Source: a virus
Taxonomy: Duplodnaviria; Caudoviricetes
Direction: 5' to 3' (one strand)
Length of the DNA: 31,213 nt
Virus record (IMG/VR): IMGVR_UViG_3300031520_000015
Coordinates: 1 to 31,213 of that record
The translations under genes and the position numbers were made by a program. The notes under the pieces were generated by a model. That model was not told the DNA's origin, searched no databases, and saw nothing but the letters and a program-made list of their open reading frames with translations. Below, piece by piece: positions 8,057-16,289 of this stretch. The stretch's first letter is position 1; each line of letters opens with the position of its first letter.

Positions 8057-8301
8057 AGACGACATTGACCGCCGGTCGTGGTCGGCGCGATTGGTGTTGC
8101 TAGTACTGCGGTGTGGCGCTGACGCCACGCACGGCATGCGCGGATCATCGCATTCCCTTATCGCGCGGCGGGCTTCATTGTTGCGCGAATCTTGTTCCCT
8201 CTTGTGTCACATGCACTGCGCGTAAAAGTGACAGAACCGAGAGCGCATACAAATCCGGGCTTAAAGGGCGGCGCAACGACGCGCGCACTGTTCGTTTATA
8301 G
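8053..8301 (+). pseudogene. HNH endonuclease remnant
   Basis: RDWCC*YCG (TAG 8101-8103) ... DHRIPLSRGG..NLVPSCVTCT..K; terminal Asn/His of the HNH motif appears as Thr; no clear start. Confidence 0.75.
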
Positions 8302-8325
8302 GTGGTGCGAAAGGAGGTGAAGTGG

Positions 8326-8454
8326 ATGCCCGCAGTAGCGCAACAGCCAGCGCAGCCTAAGACCTACGTCTATAAGCGGCCCTGGATGTACCCGAAGCAA
8401 CACGACGCTTTCTTTTGTCCTGAACGTTACGCTATTGTCGAGGCATCCACCTGA
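8326..8454 (+). CDS. terL: terminase large subunit N-terminal fragment (42 aa; absent from ORF track)
   Basis: AAGGAGGTGA RBS, ATG 8326; RPWMYPKQHDAF..RYAIVEAST* = Q motif plus first half of Walker A. Confidence 0.8.
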   Translation: MPAVAQQPAQPKTYVYKRPWMYPKQHDAFFCPERYAIVEAST

Positions 8455-10700
8455 CAAAGGCTGGAAAAACTGTCGCGTGCATGGCATGGCTCACGGAGCA
8501 AACGCTTCTGTGCCGTGTGGCCGGGCGAAACTTTTGGTGGGTCGCACCGACGCAGGGCGTGGCGAAGATCGCCTTTAGTCGTCTTAAGCTCGGTTTGCCG
8601 CGTGCCATCTATAAGGCTAACGAGACCGAGCGCACGCTGACCTTCCTGAACGGGTGCGTGATCTGGTTTAAGGGCGCGGACAAGCCGGACACGCTCTACG
8701 GTGAGGATGTGCACGCCGCCGTGATCGACGAGGCGTCGCGCTGCTTCGTTAAAGGCACGTCCGTGCAGACGCCACATGGCCCAGTTCCCATTGAGACTTT
8801 GCGCGTTGGGGATAAAGTACTCAACGCGGCGGGTGTTGGCATGGTGCGACGTACAATCCACAAACGTGCACAATCGCTTGCGGTCGTCAAGGTGCAAGGA
8901 TATACTATGGTTAGTTCCATTGACCATAGATATTTCACCCAGCGTGGCTGGGTAGAGGCACACCACCTTGAGCGGACCGATTGCCTCATCACGCATCCCG
9001 AAGCCGTGCGCTTACTGCGGGATGTTGTTCACCGATCGCCATCTGACGCGTCCTCAACTGTACTGCTCTCGTCCCTGTCTGTACGCAGCCAGAGCGGCGA
9101 CGACGGAAACACGCCAGTGTGCGTGGTGTCAGACCGACTTCACGGTCAACGTGGCAAAGCAGCCGACGCGGCGTTTCTGCGGACAGAGTTGTTCCGCGAA
9201 ATGGAGAATGAGCCAGGAGGACTATCGCGCCAAGGCCCTTGGGACGGAGACGCGGGCGAAAGCCAGACAGTCCTTGTTGGAGTACTGGCAGCAGGATACG
9301 CCGCAAACCAGGGCGGCACGGGAACGGATCGCGCGCCTCAATCCGATGGGCAACCCCGCGTCACGAGTCAAGATGACCGCATCGATACGGGCGAGTGGGC
9401 ACAAGCCTCCCGCGCGTGGCGGCAATGGGACGGGGCTGACTGTCCCGCAAACGATGCTCTTGGAGGCTCTTGGGCCACCGTTCACATCGGAACTCTCAGT
9501 CAAAACGGGAGCGCCACGGATAACGGGAGGCTTGCCGACGCACTACTCCATCGACATAGCGGACCCAACGCTCATGGTTGCGATAGAGATAGATGGACGG
9601 TCGCACAGGACGACGGCGCGCAGGGAATCGGACCAAAGGAAGGACGCCTGTCTGACCTTGCTTGGGTGGACAGTGTTACGGTTCTTGAACGAGGAGATAG
9701 AGACTTCTCTTTCTACAGCGGTGGCGCAGATACGGTTGATGTGTACGACCTTGAAGTCTCAGGCCACCCTTCCTTCACTGTAAACGGCTTCCTCGTTCAC
9801 AACTGCAAGGAGGCTGCGTGGCACGCGGTGCGCTCCACGCTGACGGCGACGCGTGGTCCCGTTCGCATCATTGGCAATGTCAAGGGGCGGCGCAATTGGG
9901 CCTACGCGCTGGCGCGTCGGGCTGAGGCGGGCGCGCCTCATATGCGCTACAGCAAGATCACGGCGGTCGACGCCGTGGCGGCGGGCGTGTTGGCCCAGGC
10001 GGAAATCGACGACGCGCGGGCGACGCTCCCCGAGCACGTGTTTCGCGAACTGTATCTGGCGGAGCCGAGCGACGACGGCGGCAATCCGTTCGGCCTGTCC
10101 CACATCGCGGCGTGCGCGATGCCAGCAGGGTGGTTGTCGCCTCACCTGCCCGTCGCATGGGGCGTGGACCTGGCCAAATCAACGGACTGGACGGTGTGCA
10201 TTGGCCTGGACGATGCGGGCGACGTGTGCCGCTACGAGCGGTGGCAGGGGCCGTGGGAACTGACCATTGCACGCATCAAGGCGCTCGTCGGGGACGCGCC
10301 CGCATTGGTCGACGCGACCGGCGTCGGCGATCCGGTGCTGGAGGCGCTGCAGATGCGTGTTGACCAGGTGGACACGCGCGACGTGTCCAACGGGCTCGGG
10401 CGCGCACCCCAGGTGGTCATCATCCCCGCTGCCGCTGGCGGGAACTTCGAGGGGCTCAAGTTCACGCAGCAATCCAAGCAGGATCTCATGAAAGGCTTGG
10501 CCGTCGCTATCCAGCAGCGGCAGATTCGCTACGCGGACGGCGTGATCCGCCAGGAGCTGGATGCCTTCGAGTATCAGTACACGGCGACCGGCGTTCGATA
10601 CTCAGCGCCCGAGGGGCTGCATGACGACACCGTGGTGGCGCTGGGGTTAGCGCGACAGAAATGGATCCACCGCCCGGCGCGACCGTCCATCCTGTGGTAA
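8454..10700 (+). CDS. terL: terminase large subunit, main part, intein-containing
   Basis: TKAGKT (Walker A half), WWVAPT, GADKPDTLYG, Walker B VIDEA, IIGN..G.NW, nuclease WGVDLAK..DWT, VDATGVGD, HDDTVVAL. Confidence 0.92.
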   Translation, partial: TKAGKTVACMAWLTEQTLLCRVAGRNFWWVAPTQGVAKIAFSRLKLGLPRAIYKANETERTLTFLNGCVIWFKGADKPDTLYGEDVHAAVIDEASRCFVKGTSVQTPHGPVPIETLRVGDKVLNAAGVGMVRRTIHKRAQSLAVVKVQGYTMVSSIDHRYFTQRGWVEAHHLERTDCLITHPEAVRLLRDVVHRSPSDASSTVLLSSLSVRSQSGDDGNTPVCVVSDRLHGQRGKAADAAFLRTELFREMENEPGGLSRQGPWDGDAGESQTVLVGVLAAGYAANQGGTGTDRAPQSDGQPRVTSQDDRIDTGEWAQASRAWRQWDGADCPANDALGGSWATVHIGTLSQNGSATDNGRLADALLHRHSGPNAHGCDRDRWTVAQDDGAQGIGPKEGRLSDLAWVDSVTVLERGDRDFSFYSGGADTVDVYDLEVSGHPSFTVNGFLVHNCKEAAWHAVRSTLTATRGPVRIIGNVKGRRNWAYALARRAEAGAPHMRYSKITAVDAVAAGVLAQAEIDDARATLPEHVFRELYLAEPSDDGGNPFGLSHIAACAMPAGWLSPHLPVAWGVDLAKSTDWTVCIGLDDAGDVCRYERWQGPWELTIARIKALVGDAPALVDATGVGDPVLEALQMRVDQVDTRDVSNGLGRAPQVVIIPAAAGGNFEGLKFTQQSKQDLMKGLAVAIQQRQIRYADGVIRQELDAFEYQYTATGVRYSAPEGLHDDTVVALGLARQKWIHRPARPSILW
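8742..9803 (+). mobile_element. intein (354 aa) inserted just after Walker B of TerL
   Basis: Block A CFVKGTSV.TP.G..PIE.L.VGD.V; block B SIDH.YF...GWVEA..L; F/G VYDLEV.GHPSF.VNG.LVHN followed by +1 Cys; exteins join as DEASR/CKEAAW. Confidence 0.95.
8968..9783 (+). CDS. Zn-finger + Vsr/DUF559-like endonuclease nested in the intein in the +1 frame (putative homing endonuclease)
   Basis: CAYCG..YCSRPC and CAWCQ..FCGQSC fingers; YSIDIA..VAIEIDGRSH..DQRKD..L..LGWTVLRFLNEEI; AGAGG 9 nt before TTG 8968. Confidence 0.88.
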   Translation: MSGPIASSRIPKPCAYCGMLFTDRHLTRPQLYCSRPCLYAARAATTETRQCAWCQTDFTVNVAKQPTRRFCGQSCSAKWRMSQEDYRAKALGTETRAKARQSLLEYWQQDTPQTRAARERIARLNPMGNPASRVKMTASIRASGHKPPARGGNGTGLTVPQTMLLEALGPPFTSELSVKTGAPRITGGLPTHYSIDIADPTLMVAIEIDGRSHRTTARRESDQRKDACLTLLGWTVLRFLNEEIETSLSTAVAQIRLMCTTLKSQATLPSL

Positions 10701-10756
10701 CGAAGCGCCAAGGGCCTGGTCACGCCAACGGGCCAGACGAAAGGGGTGGGGGTGCG

Positions 10757-12505
10757 ATGGCGATGCGCCTGACCGACGCCCAGCGCGTGGCCTATCGCTC
10801 CGCGTCGCACATCGCCCGCGTGCTCGGCATCAGCGGTAAGGCCGCCCCGCGCCAGCGCGATACGCGCGATACGCACGAGCTGCTGACCTCTTCGCCGATG
10901 GAGCGGGCGCGGCAGTCGCGCCGCATGGGCAACTACACGAGCTACCTGAACGCCATCACGATCCCCAACGTCTACAAGGCGGTCAACGTCATCGTCTCCA
11001 CCTACGCTGCGACGCCCCTGCGCGTCCTGGACGGTGACCGCAAGGACGTGGACGTGAAAACCCGTCTGCCCGACCTCTACCACCTGCTGCGCAAGCCCAA
11101 CCCCCAGACGCGTGGACGGACCTGGCGGCAGTCGGAAGTGATCGACTACGTGCTGACCGGCAACAGTATTTCCGCGTACGATTCCTGGGACGGCTACGGC
11201 CGGCCGCACGAGATGTTCCGCCTGCGGCCCGACAAGGTGCTGATCGCACAGACCAATGTGGGCAGCCTGGCCTACGGGTACGAAATCATGGGTGGCCCGA
11301 AGAAGGATGTCATCTGGTACGACGAGAGCGAGATCCGGCACGTCAAATGGTTCAACCCACGTGACCCGCTGTGGGGCTTGGGGGCCATTGAGGCCGGGGA
11401 ACTGAGCCTGTCCAAGGATAAGCTCATCAACGAGTTCAGCTACAACTTTTTTGACCGCGGCGCGATCGTGGACGGCGTCCTCTCCACGCCCAACCAGATG
11501 CCCGAAACGGACCGCCGGGCGATGATCGCGGACTGGAAGGCGATGCGCGCCGGCGCCCGCAATCAGATCCGGACGGCCCTGCTGTGGATGGGCGCCACCT
11601 ACACGCCGATCGGCACGCCGTTGGGCAACGTCCCGATCATTGATCTAGCCAGGATGGGCCGTAACGACGTGTTCGAGCTGCTGGGCGTGCCACCGCAGAT
11701 GGTCGGCGACTTCTCGGACACGAACTATCGGAATGCCCAGGAGGCCAACGCCTTTTTCCTGAGCGAGACGATGGGGCCGATTCTGGATCAGTTCGACGAG
11801 GATGGCTACGCACCGCTGGCCGAGATGTACGGCCCGTTCGAGGCGCAGCATGAGAAGCGTGAGGTCATCGATTTGGCCATGCGCGCCGAGGCCGCGGGCA
11901 AGCTGGGCAGCGTGCCGGGCTTTTCGCTCAACCAGCTTTACGTGACGGCGGGCTTCGACCCGCTGCCCGACGACGATCCGATGGGCCAGATGATCGTGCT
12001 GCCGAAGGGGTCGTCGCTCCAGCACCCGGAGGACGTGATCGACCCGCCCGATGACGCGCTGACCGATGGGCTGGGCCAGATCGACGCGGCCGGCCTGCTG
12101 CTGCCCGACGCCGCCACGCGACCCAATCCCGAGGGTCAGGACGCGCCACCAGCAAGCGGGGCAGAGGCCGCGGCCACGGGCAAACCGCCGGCCAGCGGCG
12201 GGGCCGCTGGCACGGGCGTGGGCGCCAAGGCTTTGACGAGCGGGCGAGCGGCGCGCCCACGCCCAACGCCCGCTGACCCTTACCGCTACCCGCACGCGCT
12301 CCTATCGGTGGAGGCCAGGGATCGACAGCGGATGGCGCGCATGGCGGGGCAACGCGATCTGGGTCCGATTCTGGGGGCGCACGGTGCGTTGGTGACGTTG
12401 CCGTCGCTGTCGCGCGCGACTGACCGGATGACACCGACAGATGACGATGAGAGGCACGAGGAGGACGCGACCGATGATGCCCATGCCGACGACGGCGACG
12501 CCTGA
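10757..12505 (+). CDS. portal protein, HK97 family, with low-complexity C-terminal extension
   Basis: VYKAVNVI...LL.KPNP...LTGNS..LRPDKV..EIRHVK.FNP..GLG..FF..GA..GVL..LGVPP.MVG..NY.NA; ORF 10661..12505. Confidence 0.93.
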   Translation: MAMRLTDAQRVAYRSASHIARVLGISGKAAPRQRDTRDTHELLTSSPMERARQSRRMGNYTSYLNAITIPNVYKAVNVIVSTYAATPLRVLDGDRKDVDVKTRLPDLYHLLRKPNPQTRGRTWRQSEVIDYVLTGNSISAYDSWDGYGRPHEMFRLRPDKVLIAQTNVGSLAYGYEIMGGPKKDVIWYDESEIRHVKWFNPRDPLWGLGAIEAGELSLSKDKLINEFSYNFFDRGAIVDGVLSTPNQMPETDRRAMIADWKAMRAGARNQIRTALLWMGATYTPIGTPLGNVPIIDLARMGRNDVFELLGVPPQMVGDFSDTNYRNAQEANAFFLSETMGPILDQFDEDGYAPLAEMYGPFEAQHEKREVIDLAMRAEAAGKLGSVPGFSLNQLYVTAGFDPLPDDDPMGQMIVLPKGSSLQHPEDVIDPPDDALTDGLGQIDAAGLLLPDAATRPNPEGQDAPPASGAEAAATGKPPASGGAAGTGVGAKALTSGRAARPRPTPADPYRYPHALLSVEARDRQRMARMAGQRDLGPILGAHGALVTLPSLSRATDRMTPTDDDERHEEDATDDAHADDGDA

Positions 12506-13007
12506 GCGCGAGGGGCGGTGCGTGCTGGTGCGCGTCAGCTTGTCGCTGCTCCAGCTCATGATGACGGCCGGCTCTGAGACCGTCGGAGACAGCATAGAAC
12601 CCGTGGAATCCGTGGCTCAGTGCAGTGACGGGCTGCCCCGTGACGCGACGCTGGTGCGCGCCGCCGTTGATCCGTTCCTGGGTGAGGTGCAGATGATTTT
12701 CGCTCATGCGTCCTTCCGCGCTGTGCCAGCGGGCGTGCGCTATCCACATCTGCTACCGACGTTCCGGCAGGTCTGGCGCGTCGTGCGCGCTGAACGCGGC
12801 GACACAGCCGTTGGCACAGCGGCTGTGTCCGAAGCGGGGACACTCCCAGGCGACGCATCGGGGGATGAGAGGCGCGCCCACGCTCGGAAAAAGCGGGGCG
12901 AGGCGGGTGGTTATGTCCCCGTCACACCGCTAGGCCCGCCGCCGCGGGGCGCCGACGTCCAGGCACTCACGCAACAGGATGCGGCGGAGGAGGACCACCG
13001 TCCATGA
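12474..13007 (+). CDS. hypothetical protein
   Basis: GAGGAGG RBS; ORF 12441..13007; ATGA overlap with protease. Confidence 0.65.
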   Translation: MMPMPTTATPEREGRCVLVRVSLSLLQLMMTAGSETVGDSIEPVESVAQCSDGLPRDATLVRAAVDPFLGEVQMIFAHASFRAVPAGVRYPHLLPTFRQVWRVVRAERGDTAVGTAAVSEAGTLPGDASGDERRAHARKKRGEAGGYVPVTPLGPPPRGADVQALTQQDAAEEDHRP

Positions 13008-14203
13008 AACTCACCATGGCGTCGGGGCAGGTCGTCGATCTACCCGGCGTCCCGCGGGACGCGACCTTCGAGCCGCTCACCGTCAGCTTTGGGATCAAGT
13101 CCTCACCGGAGGTCGAGATCGATGGCGAGGTTGGCTTGCTGTGCCAGGGGTACGCCAGTCTTTATAACGAGACGGATCAGGATGGAGAGCACCAGATTCC
13201 CGGCGCTTTTGCCGATCTGATGGACGCGTGGGCGCTGGAGCCCGAGCCGCTCGTCATCTATCACCATGGCTACGACCCCGAGCTCGGCGCGCGACGCATC
13301 GGGCGTGGCATGAAGTCGAGGCTCGATGACAAGGGCTTTTATGCCGAGGTTTTCATCCCCAAGGATCCAAAATTTAAAGACGCCCGGGCGCGCCGCCGGT
13401 TTGGTGACGTGTACAACGGCATTAAGAGGGGCGCCGTGCGTGGGTATTCCGTGGGCGGCGGTTTCATCCGCGCCGGCAAGGCGCTGGTGCGCTGGGCCAC
13501 GACCGAACTGAGCATCACGCCGACGGCCTGTTTGGAAAAAGCCGAGTTCGCACTCGGCCGCAAGGCGTTGATCGACGCCTATGGCGACCTGCCCCCGTCC
13601 CTGAGCGTGACTGATAGCGATGGGATAAACGATGCCGGTAGCGACGATGGCCTGGTCGACCAGGCCGCTTTGCCGATGTTGTCGCGCCCGGCATGGTCGC
13701 AGGTGATGGCCACGGCGCAGGCGCAGGGCGACGAGTCGCTACACGACCATCTCCTCTACCGCGAGGCGCGCTACCAGGGCGCGCACAACCCGGAGTCGTG
13801 TCCCATCTGCACCACGCAGCGCAGGCGACAGGGCGTCAAGGCGCTGACAGAAGCGGACGTCGTATCGTCCCGCGCCCGGCCCAATCAGGCGACGCGGCTT
13901 GGCGCGACCGGCGCGATAACAGCGATCGGCGCCGGCAAGAAAGCGGCACTGGCCGCGCTGGTGCGTGACCGCCCAGATTTGCTCAAGGCGGCGACGGACC
14001 TGATGACGGAGGTCGCGGACGTGGGGCACGGCGAAAAGATTGGTCGCCGGCACTCCAAAAAGGATTTGGCTGTCATCGGCGGGATCATCGGCGTGTTGCA
14101 AACCCATTTCGGGCTGGGCAACGCGGACGACGACGATGCTGGCGGCGAGGATGACGACGCGGGCACAGGGGCAGGGACGGGGACAGGCGCCGGCGCGTCA
14201 TAG
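13004..14203 (+). CDS. HK97-type prohead (maturation) protease with long C-terminal extension
   Basis: GYAS.YN..D.DGE...PGAF; YHH; IGR..DDKGF; GYSVG; ELSITP. Confidence 0.88.
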   Translation: MKLTMASGQVVDLPGVPRDATFEPLTVSFGIKSSPEVEIDGEVGLLCQGYASLYNETDQDGEHQIPGAFADLMDAWALEPEPLVIYHHGYDPELGARRIGRGMKSRLDDKGFYAEVFIPKDPKFKDARARRRFGDVYNGIKRGAVRGYSVGGGFIRAGKALVRWATTELSITPTACLEKAEFALGRKALIDAYGDLPPSLSVTDSDGINDAGSDDGLVDQAALPMLSRPAWSQVMATAQAQGDESLHDHLLYREARYQGAHNPESCPICTTQRRRQGVKALTEADVVSSRARPNQATRLGATGAITAIGAGKKAALAALVRDRPDLLKAATDLMTEVADVGHGEKIGRRHSKKDLAVIGGIIGVLQTHFGLGNADDDDAGGEDDDAGTGAGTGTGAGAS

Positions 14204-14261
14204 GCGCCGGTAGTAAGGTTCGTCGGCGGTTGCCGTCGCGCGGACAGGAAGGAGTATCAGA

Positions 14262-15929
14262 GTGGACCCCATTAAAGAGTTGGAGCAGGCCATCCGGGAC
14301 GCGCGCGCGCGGCTGCGGGAAGCTGATGGTGACACGCGCGGGCAGTTGGAGACGGAGATCGGACAAAAGTCGGCAAAATTGGCTGACCTGAAGTCCGAGC
14401 AGGAACGGACCTACGAGAATGATCGCGAGGAGCTGCTTGCCCTGCGCCAGCAGGTCAACGACCAGCACATCCGCGAGCAGGCCAAGGGCGTCGCGACTAT
14501 CGTGGCTCAGGGCGTCAAGAGCGCCGCGGCCGCCGAGCAGGAGCGCGTGCGCGGCATGATTGCCGAGGAACTGAACGCGGCGCTCGGCCTCGAGAACGGG
14601 TCTCCGCTCAACATCCAGGCCTTGGTCGCCGGTGCGCTGGGCGATATCCGCACGGGTCGCAAGTTCCGCTACGAGGCGGGTGACGAGGCGAACGGGTATG
14701 GCGAGGGTGACGAGGCGAACGGGTATGGCGAGGGTGACGAGGCGAACGGGTATGGCGAGGGTCAGGGCCGCAAGGCGGTCACTCCCTACGGCCATCGCTG
14801 GGGACAGGGGCGCAAGAGCGCCACAGCCGGCTCGGCGTTCGTCAAGCCGCGGGCCAAGGGCAGCTTCCCCGAGTTCGTGCAGGCCGCGGCGACCGGCAAC
14901 AAGGCCAGGTTGGCGGCCATGCAGGAGGCGCACGGCTACGACGTGACCCGCGGGCAGGGGCGCAAGGCCCTGATCGAGGGCGGCGGCGCGATCTCCCCGC
15001 TGACCGGCCCCTCGGGTGGCTACCTTGTCCCGGTCGAGTTTTCGACCGAGTTGATCGAAAAGCTCTATCCCGAGACGATCCTGCGCGCCGCGGGCGTCAA
15101 TATCCAGACCGTCACCTCGCCGCTGTACCGCCAGGCGCGCCAGTCGGGCGGGGCGAGCGCCACCTACGTCGGCGAGACCGCGCCCATCCCGCTGTCGCAG
15201 CCCAGCTTCGACCAGGTCGCGGCGCAGCTCAAGAAACTGACGATCCTGTCATCGGTCTCGTCAGAACTCGTTAACGACAGCGATCCGCAGGTGCAGCAGA
15301 TCGTCGAAGATGACATGCGCGAACAGATCGCCCTTAAGGAAGATGTGAGCTTTCTGGTTGGTCCCGGCGGCGCGGGCATCCCGACGGGCATCCTGACCGC
15401 GACGTTCGGCGGACAACTCATCGCTCCAACGGACGCGGTCAACGGTGATGAGCCCAACTACCGCATGGCGACGCACTTTTTCACGCAGTTGCGCACGGCC
15501 AACGTACCAATGCGCAAGCAATTCTGGATCATGCATCCGTACATGATCGAAGCTTGGCAGAACGTCACCGACAACGCTGGCCGGCCGCTTTTCCAAGACT
15601 ACATGGACGTGCAGGTGGGCAGCCTGACGCTGCAGCGCCCCGCGCTGTTCCGCCGGCCGATCTTCGACTCCACGCAGATCCCGGTGGGCGTGACGGGCCC
15701 CAACGCCACCTCGTTCGTGGCGTTGGTCGAGGCCTCACAGATCACCATCGTGCAGAAGGGCGAACTGGAGATGAAGGTGTCCGACCAAGGCACCGTGCAG
15801 GACGGCGGCGGCAACATCGTGTCCGCCGTGGGGAACGATGTCGTGCTGATACGTGGCATTTTCCGGCACGATGTTTACGCTCGCCACCCCGAAGCTGTGG
15901 TAGTACGTCAATCTATTAGATACACTTAG
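14262..15929 (+). CDS. major capsid protein, HK97 fold, with long N-terminal delta/scaffold domain
   Basis: Coiled-coil N-terminus; GGYLVP.EF..E.IE.L; A.YVGE; F.QV....KKL; S.EL..DS; G.G..PTGI; WIMHP; D..GRP; RHPEA.V. Confidence 0.95.
   Translation: MDPIKELEQAIRDARARLREADGDTRGQLETEIGQKSAKLADLKSEQERTYENDREELLALRQQVNDQHIREQAKGVATIVAQGVKSAAAAEQERVRGMIAEELNAALGLENGSPLNIQALVAGALGDIRTGRKFRYEAGDEANGYGEGDEANGYGEGDEANGYGEGQGRKAVTPYGHRWGQGRKSATAGSAFVKPRAKGSFPEFVQAAATGNKARLAAMQEAHGYDVTRGQGRKALIEGGGAISPLTGPSGGYLVPVEFSTELIEKLYPETILRAAGVNIQTVTSPLYRQARQSGGASATYVGETAPIPLSQPSFDQVAAQLKKLTILSSVSSELVNDSDPQVQQIVEDDMREQIALKEDVSFLVGPGGAGIPTGILTATFGGQLIAPTDAVNGDEPNYRMATHFFTQLRTANVPMRKQFWIMHPYMIEAWQNVTDNAGRPLFQDYMDVQVGSLTLQRPALFRRPIFDSTQIPVGVTGPNATSFVALVEASQITIVQKGELEMKVSDQGTVQDGGGNIVSAVGNDVVLIRGIFRHDVYARHPEAVVVRQSIRYT
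14679..14762 (+). repeat. 27-bp x3 in-frame tandem repeat (GDEANGYGE)
   Basis: ggtgacgaggcgaacgggtatggcgag three times, identical. Confidence 0.95.
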
Positions 15930-16148
15930 CCACACTACTACTGCGGCAAGGTCCGGCTTGGGTGTTGTCCGGTACAGCATCACAAACTCTTCATCGGAGA
16001 CAATGCGCTTCACGGTTGTCGTCGTACGATTGTGACCATGCGCGAACGTGCGCGGCAAGCCGTGCTTGTTGACGCAGGGGAGCAACGTGTTGCACCCACA
16101 CTGACGAGGGACAAAGAGGGGGAGAGGGTAGACGACGGGCAGGCTCAT
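15735..16148 (-). CDS. antisense small gene or homing-endonuclease N-terminal remnant
   Basis: QCGCNTLL...KHGLPRTFAHGHN resembles the CxCGC..F..GHN N-terminus of phage endonucleases; 3' third overlaps capsid gene. Confidence 0.45.
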   Translation of the reverse strand: MSLPVVYPLPLFVPRQCGCNTLLPCVNKHGLPRTFAHGHNRTTTTVKRIVSDEEFVMLYRTTPKPDLAAVVVWLSVSNRLTYYHSFGVASVNIVPENATYQHDIVPHGGHDVAAAVLHGALVGHLHLQFALLHDGDL

Positions 16149-16289
16149 GGCGACTCATCCTCGCTATAGCTTAGGGGGATCGGCGTGTTGCACGCACGGC
16201 GGTCCCCCGATCTGACCCACTATTTTACCCCATTTCTCTCAATTCTGCCGGTCACAGTGAGCAGCAAACGATGGAGGGAGGTGAGCGGC

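Noticed and set aside
2999-8103. Amber (TAG) codon reassignment suggested by two in-frame TAGs
   Set aside because: Capsid, neck, tube, spike and HTH genes end in TAG at plausible family boundaries, and no suppressor tRNA is visible.
8968-9783. Sequencing frameshifts misplacing an ordinary in-frame intein nuclease
   Set aside because: Intein frame is open end to end, and the nuclease C-terminal motifs overlap the same bases as the intein C-terminal region, which two simple indels would not readily produce.
14679-14762. Possible CRISPR array
   Set aside because: Repeats are contiguous with no spacers and lie in frame inside the capsid gene.
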